From Desulfomonilia bacterium (lineage in GTDB: Bacteria; Desulfobacterota; Desulfomonilia; UBA1062), in the NCBI GenBank assembly GCA_050014195.1, contig JBEKDT010000001.1:352001-416000 (forward strand): DNA of 64,000 nucleotides, in the 5' to 3' direction. This document shows positions 20,066-31,662 of this stretch, in pieces (the first letter of the stretch is position 1; each line of letters begins with the position of its first letter). The position numbers and the translations under genes are program-made. The notes under the pieces are model-generated. The model did no database searches and was not told the origin of the DNA. It worked only from the letters and a program-made list of their open reading frames with translations.

Positions 20066-22099
20066 ATGTTTAAGAATTTGAAACTAGGTACAAAACTTAT
20101 TCTTGTGGGGTCGATCCTGCTGTTGGTCCCGATCTCAGTTGTGGGTTATCTCTCGGTGAAACAGGCGAGCAAAGGCCTCTCCGAGATCGAGGACGAGCAG
20201 CTCGCAGGGGTCACAAAATCCCTTGCAGGGGCTATCAACAATGCCCTGGATGGGGAGATGATGGTCGTGAAGGATCTCTCCATTGGCCCTGAAACGATCC
20301 GGGCTGCTGCCTCGGTAGCCAATGCAGGATTTCAGGGGGCACAAGGAGATATCACTGCGCTCAATCAGAGACTCAGTCGTTTCGCACAGACCGATGGGTT
20401 GAAGGACAACTCACAGGTAGTCTATGTCACAGATCGCGAAGGCAAGGCATTTGCCGCTTCGGTTGATAAGTACATCGGGGTCTCTTTTTCTGAAAGACAG
20501 TATATCAAAGATGCCCTTGCCGGAACTCCGAACATCGGCAGACCGGATGTCAACAAGGTTACCGGCGAGCTCTTTGTCCCCATTGCTGCACCCATCCATT
20601 CACCGGACGGCAAGGTGGTGGGGGCCGTAGCAAACATCCTTTCCATCGGGATGTTGAGCGATCTGGTAGCCGGCACAAAGACCGGAAAAACCGGATACGC
20701 CTTCATGGTGGACAAAGAAGGGCGTTTCATTGCCCATCCGGACAAGGACAATCTGTTGAAGCTCAATGTAACAACCCTGCAGGGCATGGAAGAGATAGCA
20801 AAAAAGATGCTTTCCGGCCAATCAGGTGTGGAACACTATGTCTTTAAGGGGGTTGCGAAGACCGGCGGCTTTGCCCCGGTGGCTCTGACGGGCTGGAGTG
20901 TCGGGCTTGCACTCCCTGATGCGGAGTTCCTTGCCCAGGCCAATCAGGTTCGTAACATCGTCCTCGTGGTTGGTATCATATTCTTCATCGCCGCCTTTGT
21001 AGTGTTTTTCTTGTTTTCCCGGATCATCACCAGCGGTATCCGTAAGGGCGTCGACCTGGCGGTCCATGTGGCGGAGGGGGATCTCACCGCAAACATCGAC
21101 ATCCAGCAGAAGGACGAGATCGGCCAGCTGGCAGATGCCTTACGAAATATGATGACCAAGCTCAGGACTATCGTGGCGGATGTCCACAGCGCAGCGGACA
21201 ATGTGGCTGCGGGCAGCGAGCAGATGAGCTCCACGGCCGAGCAGATGTCCCAGGGCGCGAGCGAGCAGGCTTCCGCTGCCGAGGAGGCATCGTCATCCAT
21301 GGAGCAGATGGCATCCAACATACGCCAGAACGCGGACAATGCCCAGCAGACCGAGAAGATAGCCATCAAGTCTGCCGAGGATGCCCGCGAGGGCGGCAAG
21401 GCCGTGGTGGAAACAGTATCGGCAATGAAGACCATTGCAGAAAAAATAGCCATCATAGAGGAGATCGCCCGACAGACAGACCTTCTTGCCCTGAATGCCG
21501 CCATTGAAGCGGCCCGGGCCGGAGAGCACGGCAAGGGCTTTGCCGTGGTTGCAGCAGCAGTCAGGAGGCTAGCCGAGAGGTCCGCGGATGCAGCAGGCGA
21601 GATCAGCAAGCTCTCGGTGAGCAGTGTAGCGGTTGCCGAAAAAGCGGGGAAGCTCCTTAACCAGATTGTGCCCGATATCCAGAAGACCGCCCAGCTCGTT
21701 CAGGAGATCACCGCAGCGAGCAATGAGCAGAATACCGGGGCCGAGCAGATTAACTCCGCCATCCAGCAGCTCAATCAGGTGGTCCAGCAGAACGCATCCG
21801 CAGCAGAAGAGATGTCTTCCACATCCGAGGAGCTCTCGAGCCAGGCCATGCAGCTCCAGGCGGCCATTGCATTCTTCAAGATCGACAAGGAAGGCTCCAG
21901 GAAAACCGCAGCAGTGGCCCGAACAATAAAGACCGGTCATGTGGCGGCCAAACCACAGGTACTAAAGGCACACCATGAAGGGCCCAGGGTCATCACGGGC
22001 AGAGACGAAAACTCTTCCCATCACGCGGGTGTGCTCATCAACCTGAGCGACCATGAATCAACTATCGACGTGCATGATGACGATTTCGAGAAGTATTAA
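20066..22099 (+). CDS. Methyl-accepting chemotaxis protein (Cache-type sensor, HAMP)
   Basis: Two TM helices, HAMP (DEIGQLA), [31 protein letters not shown]-terminal DFEKY, GGAGG RBS. Confidence 0.95.
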   Translation: MFKNLKLGTKLILVGSILLLVPISVVGYLSVKQASKGLSEIEDEQLAGVTKSLAGAINNALDGEMMVVKDLSIGPETIRAAASVANAGFQGAQGDITALNQRLSRFAQTDGLKDNSQVVYVTDREGKAFAASVDKYIGVSFSERQYIKDALAGTPNIGRPDVNKVTGELFVPIAAPIHSPDGKVVGAVANILSIGMLSDLVAGTKTGKTGYAFMVDKEGRFIAHPDKDNLLKLNVTTLQGMEEIAKKMLSGQSGVEHYVFKGVAKTGGFAPVALTGWSVGLALPDAEFLAQANQVRNIVLVVGIIFFIAAFVVFFLFSRIITSGIRKGVDLAVHVAEGDLTANIDIQQKDEIGQLADALRNMMTKLRTIVADVHSAADNVAAGSEQMSSTAEQMSQGASEQASAAEEASSSMEQMASNIRQNADNAQQTEKIAIKSAEDAREGGKAVVETVSAMKTIAEKIAIIEEIARQTDLLALNAAIEAARAGEHGKGFAVVAAAVRRLAERSADAAGEISKLSVSSVAVAEKAGKLLNQIVPDIQKTAQLVQEITAASNEQNTGAEQINSAIQQLNQVVQQNASAAEEMSSTSEELSSQAMQLQAAIAFFKIDKEGSRKTAAVARTIKTGHVAAKPQVLKAHHEGPRVITGRDENSSHHAGVLINLSDHESTIDVHDDDFEKY

Positions 22100-22116
22100 T
22101 AAAAATGAGGCGTACG

Positions 22117-22189
22117 GCATGAGGCACTGGGCTTGGGGAGCTATCTCATGAACAGCGAACCGGACATAACCAAGCACAATGCCTCATGC
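22117..22189. repeat. 20-bp imperfect inverted repeat between mcp and cheW
   Basis: GCATGAGGCACTGGGCTTGG (22117-22136) and CCAAGCACAATGCCTCATGC (22170-22189), 18/20 complementary. Confidence 0.75.
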
Positions 22190-22262
22190 TCAGCCAGAAA
22201 TAACATTGGTCATGAAGATGCAGTGACGGAGACAGACATATAAACGGAACAAGGAGAAGGCA

Positions 22263-22784
22263 ATGAGCGTGGAGACAATAAATGAAACCAGACAGTACCT
22301 TTCGTTCAAGCTCGATGAAGAGGAATTCGCACTGGACATATCCAAGGTCCGCGAGGTGCTCGACTTCACCAAGATAACCAAGGTGCCCCAGACCCCTGAT
22401 TTCATGAAAGGGGTGATCAACCTCAGGGGGGCGGTGGTGCCGGTGGTGGACCTCAATAGGAAGTTCGGGATCAAGGACACGGAAAAGACGGTGAATACGA
22501 GGATCATCATCGGCGAGGTCTCAATCGAAGGCGATGAGACAGTACTCGGAGTACTGGCAGACTCGGTTCACGAGGTCATGGAACTGGAACCCGAGAGCAT
22601 CGAGCCCGCTCCCAAGATCGGCGCAAAGCTCAACACGGACTTCATCAAAGGCATGGGCAAGCGCGATGATGAATTCGTCATGATACTGGACATAGATAAG
22701 GTCTTCTCAGCAGGGGAGCTCTCCTTTGTCAACCAGACAGACCAGCCCGCTGGCTCGGCCGATATGGTGGATCTGGTCGCATGA
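22263..22784 (+). CDS. cheW: Chemotaxis adaptor CheW
   Basis: QYLSFKL...GVINLRGAVVPVVDL...LADSVHEV. Confidence 0.95.
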   Translation: MSVETINETRQYLSFKLDEEEFALDISKVREVLDFTKITKVPQTPDFMKGVINLRGAVVPVVDLNRKFGIKDTEKTVNTRIIIGEVSIEGDETVLGVLADSVHEVMELEPESIEPAPKIGAKLNTDFIKGMGKRDDEFVMILDIDKVFSAGELSFVNQTDQPAGSADMVDLVA

Positions 22785-22806
22785 GAGACAATGAGGACAT
22801 AATTCA

Positions 22807-23688
22807 TTGATGGAACACTCATCCATGCAGAACATACACCCGGAGGTTTCGGCAAAAGCCGCCTTGTCTCAAGAACTCTTTGCCCAGTTGGGCAAGTTCA
22901 TCTACGACACATGCGGCATCAAGATGCCGCCCACCAAGAAGACCATGCTTGAGGCCCGCCTCATTAAGAGGATGAGGTCTCTTGGTCTCGAATCTTTCCA
23001 GGAGTACTGCAGGTACCTCTTCAGCCCGGAGGGAGAGGCCAATGAGCTTGTGCACATGATCGATGCGGTCACCACCAACAAGACCGACTTTTTCCGTGAG
23101 CCGCAGCACTTCGAGTACCTTTTGAATAAAGCCATCCCCGACATTATAGCCGGTATCGGGACAGGCATCCGCAAGACCTTCATGGTATGGTCCGCTGCAT
23201 GTTCCTCAGGGGAAGAGGTCTATACCCTTACTATGGTCCTGGAAGAGTTCGCGAGAAAAAGACCCGGATTCAAGTATATGGTCCTCGGAACCGACATATC
23301 CACAAAGATGCTCGAAACGGCCAAAGCAGCGATATATGATGAAGAGCGTATTATACCTGTCCCCATGGATCTGCGACAGAGATACCTTCTGCGGAGCAAG
23401 GACCCGCAAAAAAAAGATGTAAGGATCATCCCTGAGCTTAGGGCAAAGGCGAGGTTTCGCTGGCTCAATTTCATGGACCAGGACTTCGGACTTCGGGAGA
23501 AGATGGATGTCATTTTTTGCAGGAACGTGCTTATCTATTTCGATAGGCCGACTCAGGAAAAAGTCGTAGGCCATCTGTGCAGGCATCTCACAATCGGGGG
23601 CTACCTGTTCACCGGACATTCAGAGACCTTGAGCGGCATGGATCTCCCCCTGGAGACAGTCGCCAATACCGTCTCGAGGAGGATCTAG
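22807..23688 (+). CDS. cheR: Chemoreceptor methyltransferase CheR
   Basis: TTNKTDFFRE, WSAACSSGEE, FCRNVLIYF, GHSE. Confidence 0.95.
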   Translation: MMEHSSMQNIHPEVSAKAALSQELFAQLGKFIYDTCGIKMPPTKKTMLEARLIKRMRSLGLESFQEYCRYLFSPEGEANELVHMIDAVTTNKTDFFREPQHFEYLLNKAIPDIIAGIGTGIRKTFMVWSAACSSGEEVYTLTMVLEEFARKRPGFKYMVLGTDISTKMLETAKAAIYDEERIIPVPMDLRQRYLLRSKDPQKKDVRIIPELRAKARFRWLNFMDQDFGLREKMDVIFCRNVLIYFDRPTQEKVVGHLCRHLTIGGYLFTGHSETLSGMDLPLETVANTVSRRI

Positions 23689-25322
<1,634 letters not shown>

Positions 25323-25327
25323 ATGTC

Positions 25328-27163
25328 ATGGGGCTGATGAACAGCATATTGCTCTTCATGCAAGAACGCACGGGCCGTACACAAGATGTTATCCGTCAAG
25401 GAGATGATACCGCCCACCAATGGACATCAACCCTCAGGCGGCTTGGAGAAGGTCTCGACGGTTTGGTCGCCTCCTCTGAGGAGAGCTTCCTTAATATCGG
25501 AGAGAAACTCAAGGAATTCTATCAACGGGCCCAGGAGATGTGCGGCAAATCGAGCGAGATGGTCGGGATCATGACCGGCGAGGGGCTATCCGAGGCCATC
25601 GCAGGCCTGAGTGCAATCCTGGATGAACTTAGGCAGTTCATGAATATACCGGAAAAAAGCTTCTCCCGGACATTAGATGTCCTCAATGAGCACCTGATGA
25701 CCCTGAAAAAGGTGTCGTCCTCACTGGAGGACTTCAACATGCTCGTAATGAACTTAAGTATGCTGGGCTTTCTCACCCAGGTCGAGAATGCCCATATCTT
25801 CACCAATAACACGGGATTTGCAAGCCTCACCGACGACGTGAGGAGCCTTGCAGAGACCATTAAACAGAAGTCATCCCAGATAAGCGCAAAATCCGATACG
25901 GTTCTGTCTTTCATTGCTCATGCCCGGGGCAAGGTGGCTGATTATAAAATAAATCAGCGCAAGCAGATTCACCTCATGCTGGAAAAGGCCATGGCCAACC
26001 ACAAAAGCCTTACATCCAAACACAGCACCACATCCGGATCGGCTCGGGCTATCGAACAAGGGACAAAAAAGATAGCCTCCAGCATCGGCGACATCGTCAT
26101 GTCAATGCAGTTCCACGACATCACCCGCCAGCAGGTAGAACACGTGAAAGATGTTCTGGAAAGCCTCTGCGTAAGAATCAACGAAGGAGGCCACACCCAT
26201 GAGGAAGTGGCGGTCTTTGTGAGGGATGTATGCAACCTCCAGCATGCACAGATCCGGCAGTCCAAAGACGAGCTGACAAATGCCGTGGTAAAGATCATTC
26301 ATAATCTCCATACCATCAGCACGAGTGTGGGAGAGATCCAGAAGGTAACCGAGGAGGTGGCCTTGGCTTCAGAGACAGGAGGTGTATCCTTCATGGAGGA
26401 CATCGATGCCGGAATCTCCTCGATCATCGAGTGCATGAGGGCCTCCTCCGACGAACAGGCAAAGATCACCGATACCGTGAACTCCTCAAGCGTTATGGTC
26501 TCGGAGATGTCCGTGTTTGTCCGCGATATTGAGACGCTGGGCATGAAACTCCAGCTCATTGCCCTGAATGCCCGTATCAAGGCAGCCCACCTTGGCCAAG
26601 ATGGTGCTGTGCTGGATACAATATCGGGCAGCATTTACGAACTATCCAAGAATGCCCGTGATGACACCAGTAACCTCAGCAGCATGTTGGCGGAACTGGT
26701 GAGACTATCCAGCAAGTTCAAGGAAGACTACCAGGGTATGCAGAAGGGGCAGCTGCAGGCCGTGGATCATGTGGTTGAGAAACTTAAACGTCTCATTGCA
26801 TTCCTTCAAGGCATCGATAAAACGGTGCTCGCAATGCTCACGGACCTTTCAGGCCTCAGTGATGACCTCATGAAGGATATCGAGGATGTTGCATGCAACA
26901 TCAAGGTGCACAAAGAGCTGCAGGCCAAACTGGAAGAAGTGATGGATACCATCCTCGATGTTTCTGAAGGCGCACAGGATATCTGCCCGACAGGCAGGTT
27001 TGCGGCAACTTCATCATTCCTCACCGACATAGACAAGCTTTACACCATGGAGAGTGAGCGTGAGATTCACATGATGCATACGGATGCCCCTAAGCAGGCC
27101 ACGATACAAGAAAGATCCAATGCCCCCTCGGATGATCTGGGAGATAATGTCGAGCTTTTTTAA
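25328..27163 (+). CDS. Soluble chemoreceptor-like protein with two divergent signalling hairpins (paralog 2)
   Basis: SMQFHDITRQQVEHV, LIALNARIKAAHLG, C-terminal DNVELF; located in the che cluster. Confidence 0.82.
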   Translation: MGLMNSILLFMQERTGRTQDVIRQGDDTAHQWTSTLRRLGEGLDGLVASSEESFLNIGEKLKEFYQRAQEMCGKSSEMVGIMTGEGLSEAIAGLSAILDELRQFMNIPEKSFSRTLDVLNEHLMTLKKVSSSLEDFNMLVMNLSMLGFLTQVENAHIFTNNTGFASLTDDVRSLAETIKQKSSQISAKSDTVLSFIAHARGKVADYKINQRKQIHLMLEKAMANHKSLTSKHSTTSGSARAIEQGTKKIASSIGDIVMSMQFHDITRQQVEHVKDVLESLCVRINEGGHTHEEVAVFVRDVCNLQHAQIRQSKDELTNAVVKIIHNLHTISTSVGEIQKVTEEVALASETGGVSFMEDIDAGISSIIECMRASSDEQAKITDTVNSSSVMVSEMSVFVRDIETLGMKLQLIALNARIKAAHLGQDGAVLDTISGSIYELSKNARDDTSNLSSMLAELVRLSSKFKEDYQGMQKGQLQAVDHVVEKLKRLIAFLQGIDKTVLAMLTDLSGLSDDLMKDIEDVACNIKVHKELQAKLEEVMDTILDVSEGAQDICPTGRFAATSSFLTDIDKLYTMESEREIHMMHTDAPKQATIQERSNAPSDDLGDNVELF

Positions 27164-27186
27164 GGGGGATGAAAAGGGGGACTTAA

Positions 27187-27537
27187 ATGGCAAAAATTGA
27201 CAAGATAGACAATGACAACACCATGATACTCAGGGTCCAGGGCGCCCTTTCTATCCAGGATGCCTCTGCATTGAGGGACTGCCTTCTCAAGGCGCTCGGC
27301 TCTACCGAAAGCCTCGTCATCGACCTCTCCGGGGCCGAAGCCATTGACCTTGCATGCCTGCAGGTATTGTGCTCGGCGCATAAAACCTTTTCCAAAGCCC
27401 AAAAGAGTATCGGCATCACGGGTGAGCTGCCGGAAGGGATCGTGAGATCACTTTCTTCAGTCGCCCTTGTTCCTGATGCCTGCGATAGAGAATCCCATGG
27501 CCCATGCTTGTGGGCCACAGGAGGGAAAAATGAGTAA
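27187..27537 (+). CDS. STAS domain protein
   Basis: GALSIQ...IDLSGAEAIDLACLQVL; directly before cheY. Confidence 0.85.
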   Translation: MAKIDKIDNDNTMILRVQGALSIQDASALRDCLLKALGSTESLVIDLSGAEAIDLACLQVLCSAHKTFSKAQKSIGITGELPEGIVRSLSSVALVPDACDRESHGPCLWATGGKNE

Positions 27538-27895
27538 AACAATCTTAAGCGTGGATGATTCGGCGAGTATCCGGCAACTGGTGGTATTCACCCTTGAGAA
27601 GGAGGGCTACGAGGTGGTATCAGCCGTGGACGGCCAGGACGCCCTTGTCAAGGCAAAGGGGCAGGCGGTCGACATGGTGATTACCGACCTGAACATGCCA
27701 AATGTGGACGGCATAGAGCTTATCCAGGCCTTAAGGGCAGACCCTGCCTTTAAGTTTACGCCCATCGTCATGCTTACCACCGAGTCGGCCTTGAACAAAA
27801 AGGATGCTGGCAAACTGGCCGGTGCCACGGGCTGGATCGTAAAGCCCTTTAAGCCGGAACAGCTCATAGCCGTGGTGAAACGGCTGCTCGGGTGA
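27530..27895 (+). CDS. cheY: Chemotaxis response regulator CheY
   Basis: MSKTILSVDDS...ITDLNMP...MLTTES...GWIVKPF. Confidence 0.93.
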   Translation: MSKTILSVDDSASIRQLVVFTLEKEGYEVVSAVDGQDALVKAKGQAVDMVITDLNMPNVDGIELIQALRADPAFKFTPIVMLTTESALNKKDAGKLAGATGWIVKPFKPEQLIAVVKRLLG

Positions 27896-27959
27896 GTGCA
27901 CCTACAAAAAAAGATGATTCCATGAGAGAATCCAACATTTTTCATTGAGGAAGGTAGCT

Positions 27960-30071
27960 ATGGACGCACAGAAAAACTTGTACCGGGAAGAGGCATACGA
28001 ACTCCTTGCAAATCTGGAAGACGCCCTCATCGAGCTGGAGCAGCATCCGGATGACCTTGACATTGTCGGCCGCGTCTTCAGGGCTATGCATACCATCAAG
28101 GGCTCAGGGGCCATGTTCGGCTTCGATGATATTGCCGCATTCACCCACACCATTGAGACGGTCTATGACCTCATCCGGGACGGAAAGCTCTCCGTCACCC
28201 AGGACATCATCAGCCTGACGTTGTCTTCCTGCGACCAGATCAAGGCCATGCTTGATGCCTCCCAAGGCATGGAAACGGTATCTGATGAGAGGACAGTCGA
28301 GCTGACACAGGCTTTCACGGGTTACCTGCCCCAAGAAGAGACAACACCCGATAAAGGAATTCCTTCGCTGGAAAAAACTGGGAACCAGGCTGATGTGCAA
28401 AGACCATTAACCACCTTTCGCATCCGCTTCCAACCGCATAAGGACCTCTTTGCCAACGGGACAAACCCCGTACCGCTCTTAAACGAGCTGAGGGCCTTGG
28501 GTGAAAGTACCGTAGTCTGCCACATGAAGGACCTGCCGGACTTGATGGATATGGACCCCGAGGCCTGCTACGCGAGCTGGGACATCATCCTGACCACCAC
28601 AAGCGACATCAACACCATCAGAGACGTGTTCATCTTCGTGGAGGACTCAAGTGAAATAGCCATTGAGCCGGTAGACACTCTCGCAACCGAGAACCTCGAT
28701 GCAGAATATAAAAAGGTGGGTGAGATCCTGCTGGAGCGGGGTGCCATCCAGAAGGAAGATCTGGACAAGGCCCTTAAGACACAGAAGCGCATCGGCGAGG
28801 TACTCCTTGATAAAGGGGTGGTCGATAAGTCCGAGATCCGCTCCGCCCTGGCAGAGCAGGAGCAGATCAGGGCCATGAGAAAAAAACGTGCAGCAGCCGA
28901 TGAGACTTCCAGCATCCGGGTACCTGCAGCAAGGCTCGATGCCCTGGTGAACCTGGTGGGGGAGCTGGTCACGGTCCAGGCACGGCTGACCCAGTTCTCG
29001 GCAAAGAAGAGCGACCCGGACCTCATGGGCATTGCTGAGGAGGTGGAAAGGCTCAGCGCGGAGCTCAGGGACATCTCCATGGGGATCAGGATGCTGCCCA
29101 TCGGGACGACCTTTGCCAAATTTAAGCGTTTAGTACGCGACTTGTCCAACGAGTTGGGGAAGGACATCAACTTCGTAATGGAAGGGGAGGAGACCGAACT
29201 CGACAAGACGGTCATCGACAAGCTCTCTGACCCGCTGGTCCATCTGATCCGCAACAGCATCGACCACGGCATCGAGCAGCCGGAAAAAAGGATGGCTTCC
29301 GGTAAGCCTGCCCAGGGAGTTATCAAGCTCTCGGCCCAACACTCGGGTGCCCATGTCCTGATCTCCATTGCCGATGACGGAAACGGACTCGATATGGATG
29401 TTATCCGGGCCAAGGCCATCCAGAAGGGCATCATCTCAGCAGAGACGGCCATCACAGAAAAGGAGATCCACGAACTCATCTTTGCACCGGGCTTCTCCAC
29501 GGCCCAGAATGTCACAAGCGTTTCCGGCAGAGGGGTTGGCATGGATGTAGTGAGGAGCAGTATCGAAAGCTTAAGCGGAACCGTGGAGGTCCACAGCTCC
29601 AAAGGCCACGGCACCACCATCACTCTAAAGCTGCCGTTGACGTTGGCCATTATCGACGGGCTCTTGGTGAACATTGCGAGTGAGTCCTTCGTCATCCCGT
29701 TAGGTGCGGTAGTGGAGTGCGTGGAGCTCACAGAAGAAGGGAAGAACCGGGCCCATGGCCGCCACCTCATCAAGGTCCGCGAAGAGATCATCCCTTATAT
29801 ACCGTTGCGGGAGACCTTCGGTATCAACGGGGGCATCCCGGCCATCGAACAGGTGGTCATCACCGAGCTTGGGGATAAGAGAGTGGGCTTTGTGGTGGAC
29901 AGGGTAATAGGCCAGCACCAGACCGTGATCAAGACTATGGGACATATGCTCAAAAACATCGACAATATCTCGGGTGCCACCATCTTGGGTGACGGAACCG
30001 TGTCACTCATCCTGGATGTGTATAAGCTTATCCAGCAGACAGAATATCTGGAACGGGAGGGATTGCAGTAG
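27960..30071 (+). CDS. cheA: Chemotaxis histidine kinase CheA with MshEN-like insert
   Basis: Hpt FRAMHTIKG, HLIRNSIDHG, SGRGVGMDVV, LPLTLAI, CheW-like P5 domain. Confidence 0.96.
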   Translation: MDAQKNLYREEAYELLANLEDALIELEQHPDDLDIVGRVFRAMHTIKGSGAMFGFDDIAAFTHTIETVYDLIRDGKLSVTQDIISLTLSSCDQIKAMLDASQGMETVSDERTVELTQAFTGYLPQEETTPDKGIPSLEKTGNQADVQRPLTTFRIRFQPHKDLFANGTNPVPLLNELRALGESTVVCHMKDLPDLMDMDPEACYASWDIILTTTSDINTIRDVFIFVEDSSEIAIEPVDTLATENLDAEYKKVGEILLERGAIQKEDLDKALKTQKRIGEVLLDKGVVDKSEIRSALAEQEQIRAMRKKRAAADETSSIRVPAARLDALVNLVGELVTVQARLTQFSAKKSDPDLMGIAEEVERLSAELRDISMGIRMLPIGTTFAKFKRLVRDLSNELGKDINFVMEGEETELDKTVIDKLSDPLVHLIRNSIDHGIEQPEKRMASGKPAQGVIKLSAQHSGAHVLISIADDGNGLDMDVIRAKAIQKGIISAETAITEKEIHELIFAPGFSTAQNVTSVSGRGVGMDVVRSSIESLSGTVEVHSSKGHGTTITLKLPLTLAIIDGLLVNIASESFVIPLGAVVECVELTEEGKNRAHGRHLIKVREEIIPYIPLRETFGINGGIPAIEQVVITELGDKRVGFVVDRVIGQHQTVIKTMGHMLKNIDNISGATILGDGTVSLILDVYKLIQQTEYLEREGLQ

Positions 30072-30157
30072 GGGTACGCTTATACCTCTCTGATATAGCG
30101 GCTACATGGGAGCGCACACCGGTAAAAGGGGTGGATCTACTAAGAAAGCAGTCCGGG

Positions 30158-30655
30158 TCAGTGCATGAATGCGTTTGATATCGCGAACCCCACCCCCTTT
30201 GTCTTTAATGTCTCAAGTGCTTGCGAGATGCGCTCAGGCGGCGAGCCTACAGGCTTACTAAGATCGATTATGAAATCCTTTACGAATAATGGCCTGTGCG
30301 GCGCATATATCAAGGTCGGTATGGAAGCTGGCACCGGGTGTCCCCTGGATACAGTGATCCGGCCAGAGCACAGGTCCTATACCCGGCTCCTGATGAAGAT
30401 CAAATGGTTTCTTCCCGGTATGTGCCAAAGCAAAGGAGTGGTGGCCTGCAGGATGCCAGTCCTGGGTCAGGACTATCGGCAGAGATAAACCGGAGAATAA
30501 CCTCATTACGGCGTTCACTCCCGGCACGATCGTATCACCTTCTGAAACAGGGAGCGCACCACCCGGCATGAAGTCATCCTGCATGTCCACAACGAGGAGG
30601 GCATCTCCTGGTTCAAGTCGATCCGTTTGACAAGCTCGAGATCCCCCAGTTCCAT
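30158..30655 (-). pseudogene. pncA: Nicotinamidase/pyrazinamidase pseudogene
   Basis: ALLVVDMQDDF..GGAL, TQDWHPAGH.SF, LWPDHCIQGTPGA, IIRKG. There is a frameshift near codon 13 and an internal deletion removing the catalytic-Cys segment; the C-terminus is in another frame. Confidence 0.85.
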
Positions 30656-30914
30656 GAAAATCACCTCCGTGCCGGTAATCAGGTACTTTGATTTATACTA
30701 ACTATGGCCTAAGGACCATAAGATTATGGTTTTCAGACCAATGCCACCTTATGGTTTGATTGTCACACGAGCCCATTAGATTTTCTTACATGTTGTTTTT
30801 CTATGGTATTTATTTTTACAGATATCTGGTTACCCTCACCGGCCCTCTGGCATGGAAATGGCAATGTATAGCATGACAGTCAAGAGACCCGTCGAGGTAT
30901 GAAAGGAGCATTCT

Positions 30915-31142
30915 ATGCAACCGGCTCTCAAACTTGATGTTTGCGCATGCGGCATCCATACCGAAATATCCTGTACCGGATGCGGGACCCCTGTGTGCAG
31001 GCACTGCAGCCACCAGGAGATCACTACCAACGACCCCAAAAACATCATTGTCACTTACTTTTGCCCGGAATGTAAGACAGATCCCAAAAAGAACCCCTGG
31101 GGCATCTTGTACTGGGACGGCTTGAAGGCACTGTACACGTAA
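30915..31142 (+). CDS. Small Cys-rich putative zinc-binding protein
   Basis: AAGGAG RBS; CxC..CxxC...CxxC...CxxC pattern in 75 aa. Confidence 0.7.
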   Translation: MQPALKLDVCACGIHTEISCTGCGTPVCRHCSHQEITTNDPKNIIVTYFCPECKTDPKKNPWGILYWDGLKALYT

Positions 31143-31662
31143 TTTCAGCAGATACGGGGACATAGGCTTCCCATCTGACCGCGGGGAACAGCATGAGGCG
31201 CCACCCATCATGACAAGCTGCTTACGATCGCACACCGAAAAGATTTTCATCATGAGGCGTCAATCAATCACGAGGGGCTGATGGCAACAACCACATACTT
31301 TTAGCACCCAATGAAGATTTGCCATCAGCTCACCTCGCGGCTTTAAAAACATTTACCAGGAATCTAAGGGTAAAGAGTATCTCGTTTAATGTTGAAAAAA
31401 ATCATCTTAATGCCGCCGAACTCCCTTTTATTACATTGATATTGTTCATATAATAAATTTTTATGGCCTCTTGTCAAAGTAAGATATTATCCATCTCTTT
31501 TCATTTCATTTGATGGCAAGCTAGGCAGACTCCTCCGGTGTTAGTGCCTAGCACCTACTTTTTTTGAGGTTTGATCTATACATGTAGGATTTTTTGTGTA
31601 AAATAATGTTTATGAAGGGGTTCTACGGTTTCAAAACACGGTAAAACGGAAGCGAGGTTTTT

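Noticed and set aside
28568-29791. 407-aa antisense ORF
   Set aside because: Shadow of cheA on the opposite strand; Ser-rich, no motifs.
30816-31253. 145-aa minus-strand ORF
   Set aside because: Antisense to the Cys-rich gene, which has the better RBS; no recognisable motifs.
31279-31519. Shared 9-mer TGATGGCAA at 31279 and 31511 as an antisense pairing
   Set aside because: A 9-nt match within about 500 nt is near chance expectation.
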